A stretch of 64,000 nucleotides of DNA from Sandaracinaceae bacterium (GTDB lineage: Bacteria; Myxococcota_A; Polyangia; Polyangiales; Sandaracinaceae). Location: positions 1-64,000 of the forward strand of contig JBGAQA010000020.1 of assembly GCA_044220955.1 (NCBI GenBank), in the 5' to 3' direction. Below the pieces are notes generated by a model that saw nothing but the letters and a program-made list of their open reading frames with translations, searched no databases and was not told where the DNA came from. Made by a program: the position numbers and the translations under genes. Positions within the stretch are counted from its first letter, which is position 1. Every line of letters begins with the position of its first letter. Shown here one piece after another: positions 9,133 through 17,686 of the stretch.

Positions 9133-10482
9133 ATGGGTGCTGCGCCGTCTCCGCCATCCCAGAGGGTCGGGCGCTCGGCGATCCTGCTCGTCGCGCTGGT
9201 CGCGGGGTGCGAGTGCGGCTCGCGCGGCCCGTCCGAGCCGGCGGGCCCGAGGGTCGCGTGGACCTACGCGCCCGCGAGCGTGGACTGGGACGTGCCCGCC
9301 GCGGTCGCCGCGTCGCCCGACGGCGTCGTGCTGCTCGCGTGGTCCTGGGCACCGGACGAGGCCGATCGCGGGAGCGCACCGCCGCGCATGCCGCGGACGG
9401 CGAGCCTGAGCCTGGTGAAGCTCGACCTCGCCGGCGATCCGGTCTGGACGCGCACGTTCGGCGGACATCCCGGAGATCTCGCGTTCGACCTGCTCGTCAC
9501 GCCTGCGGGCGAGATCGTCGTCGTGGGCGAGACGCGCGGCCTCGCGCTCGACGGGCTCGCGCCCCTCGCCGCCAGCGGTCGCGACGGCTTCGTCGCGTGG
9601 TTCGACCGCGAGGGCCGCCCGCTCCGGGTGGTGCGAGTCGGCGGGAGCGGCGACGAGCGTCTCCTCGGGCTCGCGCGGCGAGACGACGGCTCGCTCCTCG
9701 TCGCCGGGGGCACGTCGTCCTCCGACCTCGTCCCGGGCCGCGCGGTCGCGGGATCGATGGACGGCCTGCTCGTCGCCCTGGCGCCAGACGGCGACGTGCT
9801 CTGGCAGCGGGCGTTCGGCGGCGAAGGAGTCGAGATCGCCACGGCCGCGGGCGACGGCTTCGTGGGCGGGATCGCGTCGTCGAGCGCGCTGGACCTCGAC
9901 GGCGCGCGCGCGGACGGGCTCGGTCGCTTCGACACGTGGGTTGCGCGGCTCGACGCGAGCGGAGGCGCGCGCTGGCTGGAGAGCCTCGGCGGACCCGGGG
10001 ACGACTACGCGTACGATCTCGTCGCGGACGCCGACGGAATCCTGCTCGGTGGAGTGACGCAACGGGACGACCTGCTCGCGCGGGGCCTCTGGCAGTCGTT
10101 CGTGGAGCGCGTCGCGCCGGATGGCGCGCGGACGCCCGTCTGGTCCGCGTGCTGCGTGCACTACGACTACGCGGTCGCGCTCGCGCCCGCGGGCGACCGG
10201 CTCGTGATCGCGTCGTCCTTCGACGGTCCCTCGTTCGACGTCGGCGGCGTCACGCTCCGGGTGACGGCGGCAGAGGACGACGTCACGGCGTACGCCGCGG
10301 AGATCGACGCAGGCGGACGCGCGCGCTGGGCGCTGGCGCTGGGGCACGAGTCGCCGACGCGACGCGACTTCAACGTGCACGCGGTCCGCGTGGGCGGCGG
10401 CGACGTCGTCGTCGCGATGCCCTCGTGGCGCGACGGCGGATACGACGTCCGCGTCGTGCGCCTCGTGCCCCCGTCTCGTTGA
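9133..10482 (+). CDS. Putative lipoprotein with beta-propeller-like (SBBP-type) repeats
   Basis: Lipobox LVAGC; repeated units such as LVKLDLAGDPVWTRTFGG, LVALAPDGDVLWQRAFGG and VARLDASGGARWLESLGG. Confidence 0.75.
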   Translation: MGAAPSPPSQRVGRSAILLVALVAGCECGSRGPSEPAGPRVAWTYAPASVDWDVPAAVAASPDGVVLLAWSWAPDEADRGSAPPRMPRTASLSLVKLDLAGDPVWTRTFGGHPGDLAFDLLVTPAGEIVVVGETRGLALDGLAPLAASGRDGFVAWFDREGRPLRVVRVGGSGDERLLGLARRDDGSLLVAGGTSSSDLVPGRAVAGSMDGLLVALAPDGDVLWQRAFGGEGVEIATAAGDGFVGGIASSSALDLDGARADGLGRFDTWVARLDASGGARWLESLGGPGDDYAYDLVADADGILLGGVTQRDDLLARGLWQSFVERVAPDGARTPVWSACCVHYDYAVALAPAGDRLVIASSFDGPSFDVGGVTLRVTAAEDDVTAYAAEIDAGGRARWALALGHESPTRRDFNVHAVRVGGGDVVVAMPSWRDGGYDVRVVRLVPPSR

Positions 10483-10523
10483 GGACGGTTCGCCGCGCAG
10501 AGGGACGCGGGTAGAGTGGGGGG

Positions 10524-11459
10524 ATGGAGCGGGTCGGGCCCGACGAGCGCGTGGGGGGGGTGCCTCCGGAGGCCGTGCGCGCGCTGCTCGCGAGCGTCGA
10601 TGCGTGCGCCGGCCACGCAACCCACGCCTCGGACCTCGTCGACGTGCCCCTCACTGCGGAGCGCGCGCGCTGGTTCAAGCTCGACGTGTCGTTCGCCCTC
10701 ACGGCGGCCCGCCACGCGCGCTTCTCGGTCAACGACAAGGGCGAGCCGATCGCCTTCCGCGATCGCGCCGAGCGCCTGCTCCCGCGCCTCGGTCTACCGG
10801 CCGGAGCGATCCGTCGCTTCTTCGACGTCGCGGCGCCGGGGCGCGTCCAGACGACGCTCGCGGTGAAGTGGAGCGCCGCGAGAGAGGCGCCCGATCGCAT
10901 CACGCTCTATCTCGAAGAGCTCGCGCGCGATCGACACCATGCTCAGATCCGGAGGGACGTCTTCGGTCTCGGCGGCCTCGCGGCGCCTGCCGTGCCCGAC
11001 GGAGCCGTGCCCGTGGCCGTCTGCATCGACTACGCGCGCGGGGTGCCCGTGGCGTTCAAGTCCTACGACATGTTCGTGGACGGGCCGGGGGCGGCGAACC
11101 ACGCCGTGCCGCCCGCGCTCGTCGATGCCCTCGCGGCGCTTCCCGCCCATCCGGTGAGCGGCACGCGACGCTACATGCTCGCGTCGCGCACGGCCCCCGA
11201 CGGAACCGCGCTCGGGCACAAGCTGCTCTGGATCACCGAAGTGCACCGCCCCGAGCTGGGGCAGTGGGCGTGGGCCCACGTGGACGCGTGGAGAGCGAGC
11301 TGGGCGCAGCACGCTCACCCGGCCGTCGCGCGTGCGCTCGACGAGCTGCGGGCGCGATGGGCGTACGGCCCCGGCGCGTTCCTGAGCCCCGATCTCGTCT
11401 GCCTGAACGCGGACGCGTCGGGCGAGCGCGAGCTCATCGTCTACGTCTCGCTAAGGTGA
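10524..11459 (+). CDS. Hypothetical protein, possible ABBA (PT-barrel) prenyltransferase-like fold
   Basis: 311 aa soluble protein with recurring beta-hairpins ending in RITLY, FKSY, HKLLW and LIVY. The CDS is well supported but the fold call is inference. Confidence 0.55.
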   Translation: MERVGPDERVGGVPPEAVRALLASVDACAGHATHASDLVDVPLTAERARWFKLDVSFALTAARHARFSVNDKGEPIAFRDRAERLLPRLGLPAGAIRRFFDVAAPGRVQTTLAVKWSAAREAPDRITLYLEELARDRHHAQIRRDVFGLGGLAAPAVPDGAVPVAVCIDYARGVPVAFKSYDMFVDGPGAANHAVPPALVDALAALPAHPVSGTRRYMLASRTAPDGTALGHKLLWITEVHRPELGQWAWAHVDAWRASWAQHAHPAVARALDELRARWAYGPGAFLSPDLVCLNADASGERELIVYVSLR

Positions 11460-11490
11460 GCAGCGGGATGCGCTACCGTCGCGTCGAGCG

Positions 11491-12504
11491 ATGACACGGA
11501 GGCCAGCCGCGAAGCTCGAGTGGCTGGAGGGCATGCGCGGTCTGGCCGCGCTCTGGGTGGCGTGCCACCACGGCGTGCTGGCGGTTCGCCGCCCGCTCGA
11601 CCTGCGCGACGCTCCCCACGCGCTCGCGAACGGCTCGCTGGGGGTCGACTTCTTCTTCGTCCTCTCCGGCTTCATCATCGCCTACTCGAGCGAGCACCTC
11701 GCGCGCGCGGGCGGGACGCTCCGCGACTACGCGTTGGCTCGTGCGGTCCGCGTGTACGTGCCCTATCTCCCGGTCGGCCTGCTCATGCTCGCGATCTACT
11801 GGGGGCTGCGGCTGTTCGCGTCTTCGAGCCCCCACACCAGCACGCTCTCGTCGATCACGCTGCTCCCGGCCGAGGACCCGCCGGCCCTCGTCGTCGCGTG
11901 GACGCTCGTCCACGAGGTCCTCTTCTACGCGGTCTTCTCGCTCTACTTCGTCCATCGTGGCGTGCTCTGGCTGACCCTCTGCGCCTGGGCGCTGGGGATC
12001 GCCTTCGTGGCGCTCGCTGGGGTGCCGCTCACGCACTTCGCGGAGTACCTCCTTTCGCCGGTGAACCTGGGCTTCCTCGCGGGCGTCCTGGCGTTCCAGG
12101 TGTCGAAGCGGTGGCGCCCGCCTCGCCTCGTGTCGCCGGTGCTCGGCGCCGCGGGCATCGTCGCGGTCGCGATCGAGGCCGGCCATGCAGGACCGGATCG
12201 CGTGATCGTGACGCTCGGCTTCGTGGCGCTGGTGATGGCCGTCGCGGTCGCGAGCTCCCCGCGCCGCGAGCCGCTGCCGCTGCTCGGGGCCCTCGGTGCC
12301 GCGTCGTACTCGGTGTACCTGGTCCACAAGCCCGTCGAGCTGCTCGTGGCTGGGCTGATCGCGCCGGCCTTCCGAGGCAACTGGGCGGGCTTCGTTCTGG
12401 TGGTGGTCGTGTCCGTCCTGGTGGGCCTGGCCTACTACCGGTTCTACGAGCGCCCCGCGCTCGTCCGCGCGCGTGCGTGGGTGAGCGGCGTCTCGGGCGC
12501 GTGA
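11491..12504 (+). CDS. Acyltransferase 3 (OafA-like) membrane O-acyltransferase
   Basis: LEGMRGLAALWV..HH, GVDFFFVLSGFII, WTLVHEVLFY, SYSVYLVH, YRFYERP. Confidence 0.93.
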   Translation: MTRRPAAKLEWLEGMRGLAALWVACHHGVLAVRRPLDLRDAPHALANGSLGVDFFFVLSGFIIAYSSEHLARAGGTLRDYALARAVRVYVPYLPVGLLMLAIYWGLRLFASSSPHTSTLSSITLLPAEDPPALVVAWTLVHEVLFYAVFSLYFVHRGVLWLTLCAWALGIAFVALAGVPLTHFAEYLLSPVNLGFLAGVLAFQVSKRWRPPRLVSPVLGAAGIVAVAIEAGHAGPDRVIVTLGFVALVMAVAVASSPRREPLPLLGALGAASYSVYLVHKPVELLVAGLIAPAFRGNWAGFVLVVVVSVLVGLAYYRFYERPALVRARAWVSGVSGA

Positions 12505-12539
12505 GGCTCCGAGCCGAGCGCCCGGACGCCGTCAGCGCA

Positions 12540-14402
12540 TCAGGGCCAGGCGCGCAAGCCGAGGTCGGGCGCCGGGAGCGCGCCGTGGACGAGCTCGTCG
12601 GCCCATGCTGCGGCCGATGCCGTCTGCGCCCGGCGGCGCGCGCCCTCGGCGAGGCGTGCTCGCAGCGCGTCGTCCTCGTGCATCCGGCGGATCGCGTCGG
12701 CCATGCCCTCGGCGTCGTCCGGGTCGACGAGGATCGAGTCGACGCCGTCGCGCAGGTGATCGAGCACCATCGGCACGCGCGTCGCGATCAAAGGCCGACC
12801 GAACGCGAGGGCGAGCGCCATCACCGAGCCGCCGGCGCAGACGTTCCGGTCCCAGACGATCGGCAGCACCACGAATCGCGCGCGGGCGAGCTCGTCCATG
12901 AAGTCGTCGAACGCGACGAGGCCGAGCGGCTCGAGCCCCCCGATCCGCGCCACCTCGACCTCGCGGGCGTGCGCGACGCGGATCGGCGGGCACGCGGAGC
13001 CGAGCCGCCGGGCCGCGCCCTCGAGCACGCCCCAGGCGCGGGCGTGGTTTCCGCCCGCGAAGCCGGCGGGGCCCGTCTCGCGCGGCGCGATCGGACCGAC
13101 GGGATAGGGCCGGAACGTCAGGCGGTCGAGCGGTACGCCGCTGCGTGAGTAGAGGTGCGGAAACGAGGGGTAGGCGCTCACGACCTCGAGCCGCTCGTCC
13201 GGCCAGCCGTCGCGCGACCGCGAAACGAGCCGCTCGCGTCCCTCCAGCATGTGGAAGTCACCGACGATCACGCGGGCGCTCGGCGAGAGCGCCTTCGCGT
13301 CGAGCACCTCGAAGGCCTGCGCATAGCCCCACGCCAGCACGACGTCGTCGTCGGAGCGAACCTCGTCGCCGCTCCGCACGTCGCAGCCGAGGGCCACGAG
13401 CCGCGCGGCCATCGGGGGAACGCCGAAGCGCGCGATCACCTCGTCGCGGGTTCGGCAGATCCGGACGCGGGCGCCGAGGGCGAGGCCACGCCAGCCGCGG
13501 CGCGGTCCGAGCTCGCGCGCTCCGCGAGGCGCGAGCCCGCTCGCGAGGCCGCCGCATCGCGTGCGCAACGCGCAGGGCTCGCACGCGGGCGAGTGCGACG
13601 CCGGCCCGAGCGCCTCCCCACGCCCCCCCATGCAGAACGGGAGGTCGCGCGCCGTCGCGCCCATGCACTCGAGCAGCCCCCCGAGCGCGCGCAGACCGCC
13701 GGCTCGCTCGATGGCTTGCGGCAGGGCGGGGCTCTCCCGAGCGAGCGTCCCCGCCTCGTAGCGCGGCACGCGGACGGCGCGGCGGGCGGTGTGCACGAGC
13801 ATCGCATCGATGGCCACGGGCGCGCCGCCGGGCGCGGGTCCGTGCAGCCCGAAGCCCACGAAGTCGGCCCGCTCGAAGCGCGCCGTCGTGGCCACGACCC
13901 GCTCGCGCGTGTCGGCGTCGAGCGCGCCCGACTCGATCACGCGCACGTCGCTCGCGACGCGATCGAGCACGTCGAGGAGCGCCGCGAGCGTGCCCGCCAC
14001 GTCGGCATCGACGTGCAGTCGGGCGCGCGACGGGAGCCCGCTCTCTCGGCAGGCGTGCAGCGAGGCCACGCGTGCGCGCCAGGTGCCTCTGCCTTCGCGC
14101 GCGTCGTGGCGCGCCTCGTCGCCGTGGAGATCCACCTCGATGCCCGCGACGCCGATCTCGCGCAGCCGGCTCGCCAGCGCGCGGGTCACGCGCTCGTCCC
14201 GTACCCGCACTCGGGGTGGGACGCCTCTGCGCGCGAGATCTCCGACGATCGCGGGCAGGTCCGGGTGCTGGAGCGCGTGCGTCAGCACGATCTCCCGGCC
14301 TCGCGCCGCGTCGAGTCGTGCCGCGACGTCGGCGCGCGAGCTCGGGCGAGGAGGCGGACCGGCATCGGCCAGCGCGATCTGCGCAGCCTCGCCCGCCCTC
14401 AC
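12540..14402 (-). CDS. Fusion of a degenerate radical-SAM/SPASM-like domain and a GT4-like glycosyltransferase domain
   Basis: GTG 14402 overlaps the gpx stop (GTGA). The N-half resembles an rSAM barrel (IEVDLHG..RHD...GRGTW) with no CxxxCxxC, followed by LPFC...CEPCALRTRCGGL. The C-terminus ALAFGRPLIATR...LRDGVDSILVDPDDAEGMADAI is GT4-like. Confidence 0.75.
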   Translation of the reverse strand: MRAGEAAQIALADAGPPPRPSSRADVAARLDAARGREIVLTHALQHPDLPAIVGDLARRGVPPRVRVRDERVTRALASRLREIGVAGIEVDLHGDEARHDAREGRGTWRARVASLHACRESGLPSRARLHVDADVAGTLAALLDVLDRVASDVRVIESGALDADTRERVVATTARFERADFVGFGLHGPAPGGAPVAIDAMLVHTARRAVRVPRYEAGTLARESPALPQAIERAGGLRALGGLLECMGATARDLPFCMGGRGEALGPASHSPACEPCALRTRCGGLASGLAPRGARELGPRRGWRGLALGARVRICRTRDEVIARFGVPPMAARLVALGCDVRSGDEVRSDDDVVLAWGYAQAFEVLDAKALSPSARVIVGDFHMLEGRERLVSRSRDGWPDERLEVVSAYPSFPHLYSRSGVPLDRLTFRPYPVGPIAPRETGPAGFAGGNHARAWGVLEGAARRLGSACPPIRVAHAREVEVARIGGLEPLGLVAFDDFMDELARARFVVLPIVWDRNVCAGGSVMALALAFGRPLIATRVPMVLDHLRDGVDSILVDPDDAEGMADAIRRMHEDDALRARLAEGARRRAQTASAAAWADELVHGALPAPDLGLRAWP

Positions 14403-14899
14403 ACGGCGCCCGGCTCGAGGGCGGCCTCGATCGCCGCCGTGACCGCTGCGCTCGTCGGGTCCTGGGTCGGAGCGAAGCGCGCGAGGACGGCGCCATCCCG
14501 GCCGACCAGGAACTTCCCGAAGTTCCAGCTCACCTCGCCGGGTCCCTCCGGTCTCGTCGGCGCGGCGGTGAGGAAGGCGTAGAGCGGGTGCGCCGTGGGG
14601 CCGTTCACGTGGACCTTGGAGAACATCGGAAACGTCACGTCGTACTTCGTCGAGCAGAACGTCTTGATCTGCTCCTCGGTGCCCGGCTCCTGTGCGCCGA
14701 ACTGGTTGCAGGGGAAGCCCAGCACGACGAGGCCGCGCCCCTCGTAGCGCCGGTGCAGCGCCTCGAGCTTGGCGTACTGGGGCGTGAGGCCGCAGCGGCT
14801 GGCGACGTTGACGATCAGGAGCGCCTTGCCCCGGTAGCCGGCGAACGAGCAGGTCGCCCCGTCGATCGTGTTGGCCTCGAAGTCGTGCACGGTGGTCAT
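14399..14899 (-). CDS. gpx: Glutathione peroxidase
   Basis: VNVASRCGLTPQY, GFPCNQFGAQEPG, WNFGKFLV; start ATG 14899. Confidence 0.96.
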   Translation of the reverse strand: MTTVHDFEANTIDGATCSFAGYRGKALLIVNVASRCGLTPQYAKLEALHRRYEGRGLVVLGFPCNQFGAQEPGTEEQIKTFCSTKYDVTFPMFSKVHVNGPTAHPLYAFLTAAPTRPEGPGEVSWNFGKFLVGRDGAVLARFAPTQDPTSAAVTAAIEAALEPGAV

Positions 14900-14961
14900 G
14901 ACTGCGCGTACCGTCGGACCGAGGCCGCCCGACGTCAAGGTGCGTGGTAAGCAGATCCTCG

Positions 14962-15552
14962 ATGATCACGGGTGAGGGTCGGCTCGGGTGGACCGACACG
15001 CTCGGCGGCAAGAGCGCGCTCTTCCCCGTCGCGGCCGGCCTGATGGCGATCGGCGCCCTCGGCGTCTCCGATCGCACCACGTCGTGGGCGCTGGCGATCG
15101 GGGCGCTGGTGCCGATCTGGCTCGCGTGGCGCATCGGGATCCCACGCGCGTTCGTGCGCGCGCTGCGGCACGGGCGCCCGTCCTACCGGGTCGAGCTGGA
15201 CGACGTCGGCGTGCGGCAGTTCGACCCGAAGGGCACGTGCACGGCGGAGCTCGAATGGTTCGAGCTGGAGCGCTTCTGGCCCGCCGACCACGGGATCGTG
15301 CTGATGATGCGCGTCGCGAAGAACGGCGCGAACGCCGTCTTCGTTCCCAGGGCGTTCTTCCCGGCGGACAGCTGGCCCAGGGTCGTGGCGCTGGTGCGCG
15401 AGAAGCTGCCTTCCTCCGCGCGCGCGAACGACGAGATGCTCGCGGCGACGAAGGCCCAGCGCCAGCACAGCCTGCCGCGCACCCTCGGGCTCTGGCTGCT
15501 CCTCGTCCTCTTGCTCGGCGGCGTCTACTGGATCGTGCGAGACGCGCCGTGA
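14962..15552 (+). CDS. YcxB-like membrane protein
   Basis: Two N-terminal TMs, then YRVELDDVGV...LEW...VFVPRAF; additional C-terminal TM. Confidence 0.6.
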   Translation: MITGEGRLGWTDTLGGKSALFPVAAGLMAIGALGVSDRTTSWALAIGALVPIWLAWRIGIPRAFVRALRHGRPSYRVELDDVGVRQFDPKGTCTAELEWFELERFWPADHGIVLMMRVAKNGANAVFVPRAFFPADSWPRVVALVREKLPSSARANDEMLAATKAQRQHSLPRTLGLWLLLVLLLGGVYWIVRDAP

Positions 15553-16388
15553 GCGGCGAGGACGATCCGCTCACGGACGACGCGATCACCTCGCGCTTTC
15601 GCGTCTGGCAGCGCGTGCGCGGGCATCGATACTCGCTCGACGACGTCGTCGTGGCGTGGGAGGCCGCGCGCGCGCGGCCGGAGGCGCGGCGCGTGATCGA
15701 CCTGGGCACGGGGATCGGATCGGTCGCGCTGATGCTCGCGCACGCGCTCCCCGAGTCGACGCTCTGCGCGGTCGAGGCGCAGGAGGTCTCGTTCGCCCTG
15801 CTCGCGCGCAACGTCGCGCGCAACGCCCTCGGCGATCGCATCGCGATCCACCTCGGCGATCTGCGGGAGGTCGACGCGTACGCGCACGGTGAGCGCTTCG
15901 AGCTCGTGACGGGCACGCCGCCCTACTTCCCGCGCGGGGCGGTCACGCTCCCGCCCGACTCGCAGCGCGCGCACGCGCGGGTCGAGCTGCGCGGCGGCGT
16001 CGAGGACTACTTGCGCGCTGCATCACGGCTCGTCACCGAGACCGGCTGCGTCGTCGTGTGCGCCGATGCGCGCCGGCCGGAGCGCGTGATCGAGGGCGCG
16101 AGAGAGGTCGGCCTCGCGCCCCGGACGCGCCGCGACGTCGTGCCGCGCGAGGGCAAGGGCCCGCTCGTCGGCGTCTGGACGCTCACTTCACAGGAGCGCG
16201 CGCCCGGCAGGTCCCGGACCGAAGCGCTCACGCCGGCGCAGGGTGTGCTCGAACGCTTGCCCGATCTCGTCGCCCGCGACGCCGCCGGCGCCCGGACGCC
16301 GATCCAGCACGAGCTGCGCGGCTTCTTCGGGCTCACGATCGGGCCCGAGGACGCGAGCCCCGGCGGCAGGACGGGCTCGAAGCTTTGA
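15549..16388 (+). CDS. tRNA1(Val) A37 N6-methyltransferase (TrmN6/YfiC)-like SAM methyltransferase
   Basis: GTG 15549 overlaps the upstream stop; QRVRGHRYSLDD, DLGTGIGSV, GTPPYF, ARVELRG. Confidence 0.85.
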   Translation: MSGEDDPLTDDAITSRFRVWQRVRGHRYSLDDVVVAWEAARARPEARRVIDLGTGIGSVALMLAHALPESTLCAVEAQEVSFALLARNVARNALGDRIAIHLGDLREVDAYAHGERFELVTGTPPYFPRGAVTLPPDSQRAHARVELRGGVEDYLRAASRLVTETGCVVVCADARRPERVIEGAREVGLAPRTRRDVVPREGKGPLVGVWTLTSQERAPGRSRTEALTPAQGVLERLPDLVARDAAGARTPIQHELRGFFGLTIGPEDASPGGRTGSKL

Positions 16389-16419
16389 CCGCGCACGCGC
16401 GCCGTGGGACAGGGCCGCC

Positions 16420-17664
16420 GTGACCGAAGGCCCCCGGATCCGTCGTGCGCTCACCAACGTCGGCGGCGCCGTGCGGACCCACGGCGATCCGAAGCTCGGT
16501 GCGATCTTCGCCTCCGCCCTCGAGCGTACCGCGCACGAGCCGCCGGACGTCGGCACGCACGGCTTCCACGCCTGGCCCGCGCGCATGCACTGGGCGCTGC
16601 CGGCGGCGATCTTCGAGGCGCTCGGCGTGGGAGGCTCCCGCGTGCTCGATCCCTTCGCCGGGGGCGGCACCGTCCTCGTGGAGGCGATGCGCGCGGGCGC
16701 GCTCGGCACGGGCATCGACCTGAACCCGCTCTCGGCGCTCGTCGTGGAGACGAAGTGCTCGCTCCGGCACGAGCGGGACATCGACGGGTTCCTCGAGACG
16801 GCGGCCAGCGTCGTCGAGGCGTCGCTGGAGCGCGTGCAGACGCGCACCATGGTCACGGCGCGGCTCTCGCGCGACGATGCGGCGCTCTATGCGCCGCACG
16901 TGCTCAAGGAGCTCGCGGGGCTGCTCGCCGAGATCGACTCGGTCGAGGGAGAGCGCGACCGGCGCGCGCTCGCCGCGATCTTCTCGTCGCTGGTGGTGAA
17001 GCTCTCGAAGAAGAAGGCGGACACCTCGGAGGAGATCGTCGACAAGCGGCTCCGCAAGGGCCTCGCGAGCGAGCTCTTCGCGCGCAAGGCCGAGGAGCTC
17101 TCGCGCCGCTGGCAGGAGCTGCGCGCGCACGCGCCGCGCGACGCCGAGGAGCCACGCCTGTTCACGGGCGACGTGCGGCGTGCGCCCGACCTGCTCGGGT
17201 CGAGCTACCGCGCCGATCTGGTGCTCACGTCGCCGCCCTACGGCGGCACGTACGACTACCACGCGCACCACGCGCTCCGGCTCGCGTGGCTCGAGCTCGA
17301 CGACCGCGCCTTCGCGCGGGGCGAGCTGGGCGCGCGGCGCTCGCTGCGCGGCCCGGACGCGCAGCGCCGCTTCGACGCCGAGGTCGGCCAGATGCTCACG
17401 TCGATCCGTCGCGTCGTGAGGGACGACGGCCTCGTCGTGCTCGTGGTGGGCGACGCCGAGCTCGGCCGCCAGCGCATCTCGCCCATCGCGCAGCTCGACG
17501 CCCTCGCCGCGCGCGCGGGCCTCTCGCTGATCGCCGGCGCGTCCGAGGAGAAGCCGGACTTCCGCGGCGGCCCCCCGCGCGAAGAGCACGTCCTCGGGCT
17601 GGCCCCCCTGCGGGGTCACTCCAAGCCTTCCAACCGCGCGAGATCACGTCGATCTGGCGGGTAG
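16420..17664 (+). CDS. N4/N6 amino-methyltransferase (DNA methylase-like), orphan
   Basis: THGFHAWPARMH; motif I DPFAGGGT precedes motif IV TSPPY. Start GTG 16420. Confidence 0.8.
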   Translation: MTEGPRIRRALTNVGGAVRTHGDPKLGAIFASALERTAHEPPDVGTHGFHAWPARMHWALPAAIFEALGVGGSRVLDPFAGGGTVLVEAMRAGALGTGIDLNPLSALVVETKCSLRHERDIDGFLETAASVVEASLERVQTRTMVTARLSRDDAALYAPHVLKELAGLLAEIDSVEGERDRRALAAIFSSLVVKLSKKKADTSEEIVDKRLRKGLASELFARKAEELSRRWQELRAHAPRDAEEPRLFTGDVRRAPDLLGSSYRADLVLTSPPYGGTYDYHAHHALRLAWLELDDRAFARGELGARRSLRGPDAQRRFDAEVGQMLTSIRRVVRDDGLVVLVVGDAELGRQRISPIAQLDALAARAGLSLIAGASEEKPDFRGGPPREEHVLGLAPLRGHSKPSNRARSRRSGG

Positions 17665-17686
17665 TTGCGCGTCTTGCCGCCTGCCC

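Noticed and set aside
7543..10620. 1025-aa (-) and 979-aa (+) ORFs
   Set aside because: GC-driven shadow frames over the rSAM and propeller genes.
1..14402. RiPP precursor peptide for the rSAM-SPASM enzyme
   Set aside because: Intergenic gaps are short and I found no convincing small ORF (no His-Xaa-Ser or Cys-rich core); one could lie outside the window.
12540..15134. 864-aa ORF with N-terminal extension, or a frameshift restoring CxxxCxxC
   Set aside because: The extension overlaps the intact gpx gene out of frame. The GTGA coupling at 14399-14402 gives a natural start.
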